A stretch of DNA of 64,000 bases, from NCBI RefSeq assembly GCF_001194135.2, contig NC_068998.1:40032625-40096624 (forward strand), given 5' to 3'. The DNA comes from Octopus bimaculoides (Eukaryota). The position numbers were made by a program, and so were the translations under genes. Positions 13,579 through 27,110 of this stretch are shown here, piece after piece (the first letter of the stretch is position 1; the number at the start of each line of letters is the position of its first letter). Under the pieces are notes generated by a model. That model was not told where the DNA came from, made no database searches, and worked only from the letters and a program-made list of their open reading frames with translations.

Positions 13579-14495
13579 TTAGTCCTGGTTTATATATATA
13601 TATATATAATTTGTTCTCTCTCTCTTTCTCTTCTGAATAATAGTGATAATAATAATAATAATAATAATTTTTGCAGTCTGCTTGATCTGTTTTGCTTGTT
13701 TGGTAGCAGTGGTTTCAGGTTCTTCATCTAATTCAGGGCTAATGCCTAGTTCCCTTGCGTATTTGCAAGCTTCCTTGAAAATAGAATGTAATTTTTTTTT
13801 GCTGCTTTTGTGTTTGCACACAAGCTACAGCATCCAGTCCTCTGTACAGAGCAGAATATTTGCTATAGCCCATCTTTTACACCAAGACATTTTAACACTT
13901 CCAATCAGGTAAGATCAGAAGCTATTAGAGCCACTGCCTGGTACTGCATCAGGGCTATTATCATCATTATTATTATTATTATTTATTTATTTTTAATCTG
14001 CATGTTTGTTACAATCACTTGCCAAGACACACCTAGTGTCCTAGTGTGAGTGAAGGATAAGTGATGTTACAGTATAACTGAAGGCCTGGGGAAGTGGCAG
14101 GGGCAGTTGCAAAATATCTTCATGTAATACAACACAGACATTTAAATTGATAGGGTTTTTCTAAGGATGTGGGCAGTACTTGTCAGCACAATCTTTTGGA
14201 TTTCTCTGAGACATGGTTCACCTGGGATATTATCTAGATGCTTCTAACATCCCGTTTTTATCATACCTAAGGCACCAACAATAACAGGAATCTTACAGAG
14301 CTCCAATGCCTGGACAGAAAGACAAGAAAACTACTAACATCACATGTTTAAGTCATCCACAGTTCTGATAAAATTTTTGACACTTGACCACCTGAACCCC
14401 GTTCCGAATCCCTACATAAACAACATATGTAAGAACAGACTTTAAGAAAATATATCTACTTATTTTATTGTTGTGTAGAACTTCTATTAATTAAT

Positions 14496-14668
14496 GGGTG
14501 CAGAGTGGCAAGCTGATGGAGTCCAGAGTGTTGCTTCCAAAACCACATGGTTCTGGGTTCAGTCTCCCTGCATGGCACATTTAGCAAGTGTCTTCAACTA
14601 TAGCCTCAGGCTGACCAAAATCCTGTGAGGGGATTTGGTAGACAGAAACTGAAAGAAACCTATTGTAT

Positions 14669-14700
<32 letters not shown>

Positions 14701-14970
14701 TTATGTGTGTCTGTGTTTGTCCCCACACCATTGCTTGGGAACCAATGTTGGTGTGTTTACGTCTCTGTAACATAGTGGTTTGGCAAAAGAGACCAATAGA
14801 ACAAGTAGTAAGTTTACAAAGAATAAGTCCTGGGGTTGATTTCTTGGACTAAAGAAACTTTTAAGGTGGTGCTTCAGCATAGCCACAGTTAGATGACTGA
14901 AACAAGTATCATCATCATCGTTTAACATCCGCTTTCCATGCTAGCATGGGTTGAAACAAGTAAAAGAATA
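14496..14970 (+). mobile_element. Family-A SINE, full length
   Basis: Collinear with the 2020-2430 copy. Confidence 0.8.
14909..14951 (-). mobile_element. 43-bp extreme 5'-truncated family-C retrocopy in the tail of a family-A SINE
   Basis: 11-bp TSD TGAAACAAGTA (14898-14908 and 14952-14962) flanks only the (CAT)n tail and terminal ~33 nt. Confidence 0.85.
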
Positions 14971-15411
14971 AAATGATATTTGTCCCAGCTTTCAATGTTC
15001 TAAGTTCAAATTCTACTGAAGTCAGTTTTGCCTTTCATCCTTCCTTCAGGTTCAATAAAACAAATATTAGGATAACCCCACCCCACCATGAAAATTGCAG
15101 GCCTTGTATCTAAATTAGAAACCATCAATCAATGAATTCCTGTTGCCAATGGTAGCAGTGTCATGGAAATGAGACAGACCAATTTAATTCTGAATTTGCA
15201 TGTTATAAATATCTATGAACTGATATTCCCTCTGTGGTTAGAAAAAGTGCAACCAATCCCTGACGAAGTGTTAATAAATTCTAAAACTAGTGAGGTAGAG
15301 ATCGATTTTTTTTTCCTGACTACAGAGACTAAAACCTGGTTTATTCACAATGTGTATTTTTCACAGAATAGCTAATGTTACTCTCTGTGTGTGTATGTGT
15401 GTGTGTGTGTA

Positions 15412-15462
<51 letters not shown>

Positions 15463-16087
15463 AATATATGTATTTGCAGCCATTTCTTTATCAAGGAACT
15501 GAATCTGACAGTTTGAATTGACAGGCATTTAAACTAAATTTCCGGTCATTGGAATTTCTCTTAACTTCCTATATATTTGCTTTCAGGAACTTTCATTATG
15601 AAAGAGGATCAACCTATTACATTCATTTATGCTGCTCTCTTTGTGTGTGTCTTAGTGTTTCTTAATCTATATCAGCTCTGATCAAACAAATCTATAATGA
15701 AAAACACTTTCAAGTCATGGCCATCACCTTTTACATTTTTCAATCCACATGAAACTAGGACAACATTATTCAATGTATCCTTCTCCTTTTAAGACAGTAG
15801 TTTATGATTTGAGGGAGATTTGGCCACTATTTCTTGTAGACTGAATAACCATGTGACTCTCAACCATTTTTAATGAAAGGTCTTTTAGTCTTTTAAAATC
15901 ATAAACACCTCTCAACTCAGTACTGCATCACACTTACAGTATGCAATACAGGTGTAATGGTTTTGGCATTTTTATTGCTCTCTTCCCTATCATTTGTATA
16001 ATGCTCTTTAAGAAGTGTTATTACCCCTCTTTGGGAAACACTGGTGTAGAGGTTCTCTTCCTTGCTTGATATATATATGTGTATATT

Positions 16088-16420
16088 ATCATCATCATCA
16101 TTGTTTAACGTCCGCTTTCCATGCTAGCATGGGTTGGACGATTTGACTGAGGACTGGTGAACCAGATGGCTACGCCAGGCTCCAATCTGATTTGGCAGAG
16201 TTTCTACAGCTGGATGCCCTTCCTAACGCCAACCACTCCGAGAGTGTAGTGAGTGCTTTTATGTGCCACTGGCATGAAGGCCAGTCAGGCGGTAGTGGCA
16301 ACGGCCACGCTCAAAATGGTGTATTTTATGTGCCACCTGCACAGGAGCCAGTCTGACGGCACTGGCAACGACCTCGCTCGAATGTCTTTTCATGTGCCAC
16401 CGGCACAAGTGCCAGGCGAC
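16088..16420 (-). mobile_element. Family-C (ATG)n-tailed retroposon, well preserved
   Basis: Reverse complement of the 57.7-kb copy: (CAT)n-GTTTAACGTCCGCTTTCCATGCTAGCATGGGTTGG...GCTGGATGCCCTTCCTAACGCCAACCAC. More decayed copies lie at ~2470-2800, 46300-46500 and 63380-63600. Confidence 0.85.
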
Positions 16421-17019
16421 TCCAGGTCATCAGTGTCACTCAGGCTCATCACAGATTTTGCATAAGACACATGTATAAAAGAAAGTAAGAGACGTAATGC
16501 AGACCGCAGACTTATATGTGCATGGATAATTTAACAGTAAGCAAGTTTACTGCTTCTAATGAAAGAATGCCTCAGGTTTTCCACAATATTTCTATCCCCA
16601 AATAGTTTATTTTTTTATATCTAGCACTATGTCTTTCTCCATTTCTAAGTTAAGGGTAAAAATAAGGCAACCATGCAAAGCACAACTGATCTTTACACAT
16701 AGACGCACAGAGTAACCGCAATCAAATAACGATAGCGGAGTACACAACAAACATCAGTGATCTGACTGTCACCAGTACTCTTCACAAGAGATGCCAGTTA
16801 GTCTTTTACACTTACCAGGCTCATTCATATTAGACCGAGTTGCTGGATAAATTTTCGTTCCTTTAAGAATATTCTAGAACAGAAACTTTTCATAGATTGG
16901 AATTTAAATCCTAATCTCTATAGGATTTCAAGAAAACATTGAATTACTTTTAATTTTTATGATCATAGATAACAACTCGGGTTGTAACTTCTGAGCCTGA
17001 GTCAGGCACATGTGAATGA

Positions 17020-17466
17020 NNNNNNNNNNNNNNNNNNNNNNNNNNNNNNNNNNNNNNNNNNNNNNNNNNNNNNNNNNNNNNNNNNNNNNNNNNNNNNNNN
17101 NNNNNNNNNNNNNNNNNNNNNNNNNNNNNNNNNNNNNNNNNNNNNNNNNNNNNNNNNNNNNNNNNNNNNNNNNNNNNNNNNNNNNNNNNNNNNNNNNNNN
17201 NNNNNNNNNNNNNNNNNNNNNNNNNNNNNNNNNNNNNNNNNNNNNNNNNNNNNNNNNNNNNNNNNNNNNNNNNNNNNNNNNNNNNNNNNNNNNNNNNNNN
17301 NNNNNNNNNNNNNNNNNNNNNNNNNNNNNNNNNNNNNNNNNNNNNNNNNNNNNNNNNNNNNNNNNNNNNNNNNNNNNNNNNNNNNNNNNNNNNNNNNNNN
17401 NNNNNNNNNNNNNNNNNNNNNNNNNNNNNNNNNNNNNNNNNNNNNNNNNNNNNNNNNNNNNNNNNN
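17020..17466. other. Assembly gap (largest of six)
   Basis: N runs at 3093-3102, 13301-13400, 17020-17466, 35356-35365, 41407-41506 and 51651-51731, mostly inside microsatellites. Confidence 1.
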
Positions 17467-17500
<34 letters not shown>

Positions 17501-19691
17501 AGTGTGTGTGTGTGTGTGTAGGTGTGTGTGGGTCTGTCTGTCTGTCTGTCTGTGTGTGTCTGTGTGTTTCTGTGGCAATGACTTTAATTTGAAAACAGTT
17601 GTGCCATTAGCAAAATAAAGATGTTTGATCAAGTATGCTTAAAGGCCTTGGTAGTGGTTGCAGATGGAACAAGCAAGGTTTACTTGGTCTGTGTACAACA
17701 CTAGAATCAAAATAGAAAACCAGCAATGGTCTGTGTTGGCAAATAGTAACTAAAGTTAGTGAAGTAGTATAAATTATTTTACTTTGAGAAAGAAGAGAAA
17801 TTTAACTGTTCAGCCCAGTACTCTTCTTAGGAGAGAGAGAGAGAGATGATTTCTACTGATAAACAGTGCTGGATAAACTGGTCAGTGCATGACATTTTCT
17901 ATTCCTTGGAAATTACTTGAAATGATAGTCAACTGTGCCCAAAATCTGAGCAATACTGTGCCTGTGAAGGTGCATGGTATGGTGGTTTGGCTTTGGACTT
18001 TGGACTATTAGGTTGTGGGTTCAATGCTAAGAACAGACAGCACCTTATGTATTTGAGTAAGACACTTTTTCTGTTGCTTCAGTCTATTCAACAGAAAATG
18101 ATTACCAGCAATCCAGAGGTTAACTCTGTCACAGACTGGTGTCCTGTTAGTGGGGTGTCTTCAATTCTCAATCATTTAAATGCCACAGAAACTTAGATAA
18201 ACTCCAGCTTAATGGACCTGTATGCTCCAGGTAGATTTTTAAAAATAATAGTATGGCTATTAACGTTGCAGTTATTCATGATTAACTTGAGTAACTGCAT
18301 CAATAGGATTGCTTCTTAGCAACCTTGGCGTTAGTCTCTTTAATTTTTGTTTTACTCTCCAAAGAAGAATAAGAAAGTATCTGAAACACTGGAGTTTTTT
18401 TTATTCCTTATAGCAAATTATCTCACTCTAATTCATTTTTATATATATATATAAGAACTTTTATGGATTAACTTTTGCTGACACAGACTACCACCAGATT
18501 TTATAGATTTGACAGTTTACCTTATGGATTAAAATAAGTTTTAGAATCATGGTGATTGAGGTATTATTACGAGTAAGTTTGTTGGTGCCATATTGAGCTG
18601 AGATTCTCATAGCCGAAAGCTTGTTTTGTCTTATTTATTTCACTTCTTTTTTTAGCTCTATTGTGAGTTGTTGCCAAGAAAATTCTTCAATCAGTTGCTA
18701 AGGATGGGGAGATGACTTTGTATTCTATAGCTGGTTGAGCCCCTCTTTAAAGTTTATTGATCATATTCAACAGGTGTGTATATGATGATTCATGCTATTG
18801 AGTTCAGGTGAGAGAAAGGGTCGCTTGGTAACCAGAATTATTAAATGGCTGACTCTGTAATAGCTGTCTTAGCACTTATGAGGTGTGGTCTTGAGGAAAA
18901 ACTGAGTCATAATCATCATCATCATCATCATCATAACAATGATGATGATGATGATGATCAACAACAATACCACAATCACCACCATCATTATAATTTTCTT
19001 TCTCAGCAAGTTTATCATTATTACAATAATAATAACAGCAGCTATCCTCATCAGCATCACCATCACTATCAACATCCATATCATCAATATTATTTATTCA
19101 AACTATCATAACTACTCCTACCACAACCACAACCACTATCATCAGTACTAATACCACCACTACTGTTATCAGTACAACCAACCACCACCATCATCATTAC
19201 CATCATCATCATCATCATCAGTGACTATCATTAATCCACCCCCATTATTACAAATTATCTTCACCACTACCATCATCACCATTACAGGGGGAACTAACTT
19301 TTACAGAGTTGCTTAACATTGCTAGAAATAGCAACCAAATTCTTTCAAATAACAACCTACCAAATTAGAAAAGAAGGATGCAGTGGACCATGTAATCATA
19401 AATTTGAAAAGAAAACACTTTGATCATAGGCCGACTTGATCAGGGTTGACTTAGGGTTAAATCTCAACAACAACAACATCACTGTAGTTATCACCAGTAT
19501 CCCTACTGAAATAATTACCAGCATTTCATGGTTAGTGCTTTTTAAAAAAATTTTGTATGGCTTAGTCAAAGGAGGGGGGACAGTGCTTTTGATTATTGCA
19601 GGGTCACCAAGACTGATGGGGGTGGGAAAGGACCTAAAAGTCATGGCTTAACCCATGACTTTTGGGGATCTGGTTCGTATATCATCAACTG

Positions 19692-19874
19692 TATGAACTC
19701 CACTAAAGGCACCCTAACCATATGAACTCCACTAAAGGCACCCTAACCATATGAACTCCACTAAAGGCACCCTAACCATATGAACTCACTAAAGGCACCC
19801 TAACCGTAAAGGTACCCAAAGGTCAGGTCAGGTTAGGTCAGGTCAGGTCAGGTTAGGTCAGGTCAGGTCAGGTC
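19692..19874. repeat. 29-bp minisatellite (4 copies) followed by an (AGGTC/AGGTT)n pentamer run
   Basis: Unit TATGAACTCCACTAAAGGCACCCTAACCA, near-identical copies with no spacers. Pentamer run at 19821-19874. Confidence 0.9.
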
Positions 19875-20459
19875 GTGGTGTTAGACTTGGTGATGAATTA
19901 AGTCTCCCACTTAAGAACAGACACAGTCCAACCAAAGGAGCTTTACAGGTTTTGTCTTATGTCACTGATATGATTTGGTAGATGACACTTACTGGGTATG
20001 TCATACTAAAAGAGTCTGGCCCCAAGGGTCAGGTAGTGGTGTTAACAGGGGTGACAAAGTAAAAGAAACAGTTGATTCAAAACTAAGTGCTGCCAGTGTA
20101 AAGACAGAGGTAGCAGCAGACAGCCATTCTGTGTAAAGAATCATTTGGTAATTCTTATATGATTTGGGGTTTACCTAAACAACCATCAAATGACCAAAAA
20201 ATAAAAATAAAAAATCAATGTAAAGAAGCAATTTAATTTACTAATGAGCTCAGATTGCTAGAAGAATATATTTGCATATCTAAAATGAAAACAAATTTTA
20301 CTCAGACAAATGAGAAAGAAAATAAAAATAGAAGAGAAGTGACTTTCCAATTTTTTTTTTTATATATTTTTAGTTGTGTTTAAAAATATGATTATTAAGA
20401 ACATCATTGTCATTATCATCATACCACCACCACCACCACCACCACCACCACCACTGCTG

Positions 20460-21865
20460 TTTATGGCAGAATCAGAACATTTTACAAAACACTTTTAGGT
20501 GTTTATTATGGCTCTTTAAATTCTCAGTTCAAATCACGACTTTTATCCTTCTGAGGTTGATAATACAACGTGCCAGTAAAGTACTATTGGTTTAAATGAC
20601 CAGATGCACAAACCCCCCATAAATTGAGTTCAAATCAAGCTTTGGTCAGTTTTGCCGTTCATCCTTCTGGGGTTTGTAAAATAAAGTACCTGTAAAATAC
20701 TAGGATTAATTTAATTGACCAATCCCTCCCCTAAATTTCAAGTTTTATGTCTATACAGAAACTATTATTATTGGGTTAGTGGATTAGCAAAATACTTTGT
20801 GATATTTTTCCAGCTCTTTACATTCTGAGTTCAAATCCTGCTGAGGTAAACTTTCATCCTTTCATCCTTGGGTAGAGTTGAGGATTAAAATAAGTATCAG
20901 TTAAGCACTGGAGTCATATCCATTGCCCCCTGATTGTTTCTAATTTAGGCACAAGGTCAGTAATTTTAGAGAGCAGTGGATTGGCAGAATTATATGAGCA
21001 TTGGAAGAAATTCTTAGTGACATTTAAGCCAGCTCTATCTGTTCTGAATTCAAATTGGAGTCATTGTAATCGATTAACCTTTTCCACCAATTTTGCAAGC
21101 CTTGTGCCTTAATTAGAAATTATTATTATTATTATTATAGGAACAAAGCTCAGGTTTGGTCTTATTCCTGGTAGGATTTATGTTCGTAGCAGGTTACTAC
21201 CTGTAACCTTAGGTATCCACACATTTTCGGCAGTCTTTCAAGTGCTTAGAACCCTCCTGATAATCCTTACTGTCACTAAGAAGCAAACTTTATGTAGGAG
21301 CTCTACTGGGCATTCTATTTCAATCTCCTTCAGCCATTTGTCTATATTTTGGCTTACTGTTCCCAACACACCAATTATTGTGGGCACGACCTTTACTGTT
21401 TGCATGCTCCAAATTCTTCCTATTTGTTGTTGTTGTTGCTGTTGCTGCTGTTGTAGGACTGGTAGAATCATTAACATGCCTGACAAAATGCTTAGCAACA
21501 TTTCTTCTGGCTTTACATTCTGAGTCCAAAATCCACAGTGACCAACTTTGCCTTTCATCCTTTAAAGGTCAATAAAATAATTACTGGTCTTGTACTTGGG
21601 GGTGATGTAATTGACTAGTCTCCTCCCCTCAAATTTCAGGCCTTGTCCCTATAGTAAAAAGAGTTACTATTGTTATTTAAGGTGGTGAGCTAGCAGAATT
21701 GTTAGCATGTCGGGCAAAATGCTTAGCAGCATTTTGTCCATCTTCATGTTCTGAATTCAAATTCCACCAAGGCTGGCTTTGCCTTTCATCCATTTGGGGT
21801 CGATAAAATAAGTACCAGTTGAAAATGGGGTTGTTGTAACCGACTTACCAAAATTTGAAGCCATT
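20460..21865 (+). mobile_element. Cluster of ~6 family-B SINE copies of varying age (clearest 21458-21660 and 21679-21862)
   Basis: Recurrent GAGTTCAAAT..GACTTTGCCTTTCATCCTT..ATAAAATAAGTACC motif. Other copies at 14985-15125, 25916-26130, 32071-32284, 61660-61760 (+) and 31830-32030, 61762-61975, 62250-62790 (-). Confidence 0.75.
21120..21405 (-). mobile_element. 3' end of a restriction-like-endonuclease LINE (R4/Dong-like) with (TAA)n tail
   Basis: Minus-strand VKVVPTIIGVLGTVSQNIDKWLKEIEIECPVELLHKVCFLVTVRIIRRVL* matches the C-terminal motif of REL-endonuclease non-LTR elements, followed by a short UTR and (TAA)n. Confidence 0.65.
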
Positions 21866-21879
21866 ATTATTGTTATTAC

Positions 21880-21918
<39 letters not shown>

Positions 21919-23482
21919 GTTAACATCCAACTGTCTATGCATTAAGATATTTTATTAGACAATTAAAAATTAAATGCTTTGTCTATAAATACATTGCTGT
22001 GACGATGATAGAATATGAACCAGTGACAGCTTTGTTTGATAGTCATGATATCCCTGTCCAGTCATTCATGTCCTCTACTCTCATATAAAACCAATAAAAC
22101 TTTGTTGTTACATCAGCACTAACCAATGAGGCCTCTATGCTGGGCTGCTTATTACAAGAATATTACTTCATAGGTTGTGTGGTAAGACTCCTTGGGTAAG
22201 ATACCTTTTTATGCTGGCTTCATTTGATGGCTGGTGTGTTGCTGTTGGAATTTTCTTCTAAATGTTCACAGAAATATTTGTTCCACATCACTAAGGTTCC
22301 AACATCAGATGCAAAAAGAAATGAAAGAAAAAATATATTGAATCAGTTTTAAAGAAATGGAAATTCCCACTCACCCACTCATACTTACCCACACACATTC
22401 ACATAAATCCATTCGTCGAAGAAAATGTTTATTTATATTTTATGATGACTGAATCCAGTCAAAAAGATGTGAGAGCTAACCTTATTGTTCATGTCTTTTT
22501 AGTTGTTGAAATCTCGCTATTCATTAATATAACGGCCATTGTAGCTGCCTTTGTATAGTGCACCATTGATTTGTGACCAGCTTGTGTGTATGTGTGTGTG
22601 ATACAGACATGATTAACAGCTCTCATCTTCTTTTGTCCCTTCAGGCTTTATATTGCAAGATGTTGCAGTAGCAGCAGGGGTGGTGGTGAACGGAACAAGG
22701 GAGGAGAAGGTCAGCAACAGTAGAACCAACAACAGCAACAACAGAAACATCATCAACTATTGAACTATTGTGGGTTGACAGTGGGTGAGGGTGTGGAGGA
22801 AAACTCTGCTCTGCTCATATCATCAGAGCATGGTCTACTGACTGACCCTTTTTCATCTGCTCATTGATACAGTTTTGCTAAGCATAATCTTTCAGCCAAA
22901 TCTGGCCACTATAATTGTCTATTATCTCTTTCGGTTCTACTGATTTGACGAATCTCTCATCTGCATCACAGGGTTATTATTATCATCGAAATGTCAGCCA
23001 GTCATCTTTCAGATGTTGCCAATGTATATATTGCAGATAGAACTGAAGAGAAGATGGACTTTTGAGATTTGCAGCCATAAGCCATTATCTGAGGTTATTT
23101 CCTCTTATTATAGCTTTTACTTAGTCCTTTAGTTTTTCGAGTAGAAATTGAATTATTTCAATTTACCAATTCTTCCTTAGATAATGCTATTCCAATAATT
23201 TACCACCTAACATTGTCAGCATTGACATTATACTAAATCATTCCACACCCACCTCTCTTTCTCCTTCTCTCTCCTTCTTTCTCATACACCTTCCTTACCT
23301 TTTAATGTATGTATATGTATGTGCATGTGTATGCATACATACACCTTTGTGTGTGTGTGTCTGTATATGTATATATATTAATATATATGTGTGTGTGTGT
23401 GTGTATGTGTATATACATGAATGTGCATTGTATATATGTGGGTATGTGTATATGTATGTATATATGTGTGTATATATATATG

Positions 23483-23520
<38 letters not shown>

Positions 23521-25317
23521 CATGCACATGCAGACACAACATATAATGTCCATGTATATTATATAAATGTGTATGTCTGTGAGAGTGGGTGTGTGTATGT
23601 GTGCGTGTAAATGTTTTAACAGAATATAGATGAGAGATTTATTGTTGATGCTAAGAACATTAACTGAGGACATAACAAGTAAATTTCTTCCTAAGTATGT
23701 CATTTACATTCCTACAACAAAATAAAGGAATGGAGTAAAAGTGTGCTAGGTAATTTAATATTTCTATTAGATCTGTATTTTATTTCAGTGATGTGTGTTA
23801 TTTTACTCAAGCACTATGTAATGACTGTGACCACAGTAGAATAACACCTTGCATTAGGGCTCCATCTCAGAATAAAGGTGTCTGACTAACTTTGAATCTC
23901 TGCTAACTAGACTATTTGTATCCTTTCAAACAGTGTCATTGTGATTATTACTACATATTACCAACGATAAAGTTTACAAATTTGGGTAAGCTCATTATGT
24001 ACTGTGGAGAGACTTGGTGAATACTGAGATTTCAAGCAAATCCCTTCTTTGATACAACAAACTTTTGAAGTAATATTCCAAATTTGTGAACTTTTGTTGA
24101 CAGAGACCTTCACTAGCTTCTTTGGATTCTGGTTTTTATTTAATGCTCCTCTTTAAGCAAAGGGTGAAGATGTACAACAGTTGAATTGGACTAGAAAACA
24201 CAGGATCAAACTCTAGAATAATTTGGTGGGTAGGGACCAAATAATATATTTTACTAAATGTCCAGATGTCCAAAATGAGATGTTGTTAATAAGATTATCA
24301 TTTTTAAATCTATAAAACTCATTCTTAGAGATGAAATAATCTTTTACTTTTTATTTTACATCCTCATTTGTTTCCCATCAGTTAGATGTCCAAACACATC
24401 ATCAAATGTCTTGTTCTTGGTTGTGTACAAAGAACCTTTATTTTTATACTAAGAGTGATAACTTTCTTCTCCACTAGGCCACTGATGAATATAACTGTAT
24501 CAGTAACCTGTCAAAACATAGTGCACATGTAATTACTAGAATTATTAATATTTAATGACACAGTCAATAGCCAGAAAAATGATAATCCTATTAAGATATT
24601 CTATATTTGTCAGCTTTTAAAAAATCACACACTCACAACTACTCTGCTTCATTCAGTGTTGAAATGACAAAAACGAAAAGAAAAAAAACAAAAACAACCA
24701 CTTCATTAGTGTTGTGAAACTGGAAGTGAGTGAGAGTCTGAGTTACTTACATGGACATGTGACAGCCACTGCACAGATGCACATGCATGCAGATTAGATG
24801 CTATTGTGGTTGCTATATTGGTTGTGATATATAATTTAGAATAGAAGGCTGAGTCATTACAGCATAAAACTGAATGTCTTGTGGTATTCTAGTTTCGTGA
24901 ACTTTGAGTTCCAGTCCCATCTGGGTCAACTTTAACCTTCCAAGGTCAATAAAGAGCCATTCCAGTATTAGGGCTGATTCTTCTTCTTTCTCACTTTCTC
25001 CCCTTCTCTCTGGAAGAAATTGGATGTGTTCAATCTTGGAGAGGGTTAGGCTATGTCAGGCTTTGATGCCCAAGATATACCATATGGCATAATGGCATGC
25101 TTGTGATACTGTCAGGTCTTGAGAAAGGAAGGAAGAATAATCTAGAGCGAAATTTTGGGGACAACAGTTTGGCATGTTTATGAGTTAATTTTTTACATTT
25201 GTAGAAAAGTAAATATTTGTAGGGAGAAGTTTGATAGTTTGAATGGCAAAGTGGACCTTCATTAGGTTTGAACCTATAAAGCCATTTACTGTAGTGCCTT
25301 ACACACACACACACACA

Positions 25318-25362
<45 letters not shown>

Positions 25363-26339
25363 ACTTAGGCACAACGTCACACAATTTGCTGGGATGGGGT
25401 GTGAAAAAACACTATATTAAGATCAACCATGGAAGGATGAAAGGTAAAAATTGCTTGGCATTTTATTCCTCACTCCATTGATCTTACCAATACGCCTGTT
25501 CTTTTTCCATAGGATGATTTCTTATATTGGTAATTACTCATGTTTGGATGTTTGCAAACGAATTAGGGAAGGCTGTGGGATTTTGCAGCTCAAAGCTCTT
25601 CTTATCTTAAACATGAAAAGCAGAAAGGTAACTGATTCCTTTGTGGTAAATTAAAGAAATCATTGTAAGTTATCTTGTCAAGGATCACCACACAATTCTT
25701 GGTTGTAAGGATTGGACTCATGGGTTTGTCTTTTTCTGCTTTCTTATTTTTGTTTTTGTAATGCAATTACATCTATTATTATATGCAGGGTTAAAGATGG
25801 AAGAACTCACTTTACTATCTCATGCTTATACATTGGAATTATAGACAATTCATTTATTTATACCAACTTTTGCCTATTTGGTTGAAACCACCTGTTAATA
25901 GTACAAGGGAGATTTAAGGTGGTGAGTTAGCAGAATCATTAGCATACCGGGTAAAATGCTTAGCAGTATTTCATCCCTCCTTACATTCTGAGTTCATATT
26001 CCACTAAGGTTGACTTTGCTTTTCATCCTTTCAGGCTCAATAAAATAAGTACCAGTTGAGCACTAGAGTTGATGTACTCAACCAAATCCCTCCCTCAAAA
26101 TTTCTGGCCTTGTGCTAAAATTTGAAACCAGTAGTATAAGGGAGATAATCCATCCCTAATTACAGAAGGACCAGAAGAAGTGGATGATGAAGGGGGCATG
26201 AGATGTGAAATGAAGTTGGTAGGTTTTAGTTGTCTCACAAGTGATAACAGGTTGTTGATTGTTCTGTGTTGATTTTTTATTTTGAACACAACCGACACCT
26301 TTTGTTTCCAACACCCTCACATTCATGGCATTTGAACTA

Positions 26340-27110
26340 ATGAGGAACCTTTTACTTATTCACTTGACAAACTGAAGATACTTCAGACCCCCAACAATTA
26401 TTGATATTCTACAATGCAAAGCTGAGGCCACAGTTGAGTATTGCTTTCACATCTGGGATGGTGCTGCGGCATGCACAAACATCCTAGATTGCATCCAGAA
26501 AAGTGCCACCTATCTGATTGGCATAAAGTCACTCACAGACACACTTCAGTCTTTGGTTCACTGTCTACTCCCTCTACCTTTTCTTTATTTATGCGCCCTT
26601 TTAAAGCCTAGCCAGGCTCATTGGCCCGGTTTCCTGGTTTCTATGGCATATGTGTTCCCCCCAGCTGGACGGGATGCTAGTCCATCACAACGTTACTCAA
26701 GAAACAAGAAGAAAGAGTGAGAGAAAGTTGGGGCGAAAGAGTACAACAGGGGTCGCCCCCCCCCCTGCCGGAGCCTTGTGGAGCTTTAGGTATTTTCACT
26801 CAATAAACACACACAACGCCCGGTCTGGGAATCGAAACCGCGATCCTCCGACCGTGAGTCCACTGCCCTAACCACTGGGCCTACCTTTTCTACCACTACT
26901 ATAATGGCTTCTGCACCATGGAGTGGCTGGACGAGTGCCACTGTCATTCAGAAATTCTTGTCTTACTCATCTCTCCTCTACTTTTCTTCACTGTTGTGTC
27001 CAATACCCCAAGCTCCAAACTAATCCTTGTGTCCAGTCCTTCCTTCCTAGAATGTCAACCTTCTGAAATTTCCTCCTTGCTCTTACATGAAGGTATTGGT
27101 TGACTGGCAA
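26340..27110 (+). mobile_element. Decayed LINE ORF2 C-terminal fragment (Jockey/CR1-group)
   Basis: PQQLLIFYNAKLRPQLEYCFHIWDGA..ILDCIQKSATYLIG..LQSL, continuing after the SINE as FYHYYNGFC...QSFLPRMSTF. Confidence 0.75.
26585..26880 (-). mobile_element. tRNA-derived SINE (family E), young copy inserted in a LINE fragment
   Basis: Head GGCCCAGTGGTTAGGGCAGTGGACTCACGGTCGGAGGATCGCGGTTTCGATTCCC on the minus strand, CpG-rich. 11-bp TSD CTACCTTTTCT (26574-26584 and 26881-26891). Confidence 0.9.

Noticed and set aside
16145-16175. CTGAGGA-CTGG/CCAG hairpin in family-C retroposon
   Set aside because: It is not followed by GAAA and no hammerhead fold can be completed.
16990-17019. GCCTG-AGT-CAGGC hairpin followed by palindromic ACATGT
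   Set aside because: It would need two separate deletions in the core to be a hammerhead and abuts an assembly gap. Too speculative.
19692-19806. CRISPR-like appearance of the 29-bp repeat; telomere-like CCCTAA
   Set aside because: Units are contiguous with no spacers, there are no cas genes and the context is eukaryotic. There is only one CCCTAA per unit, so it is not a telomeric array.
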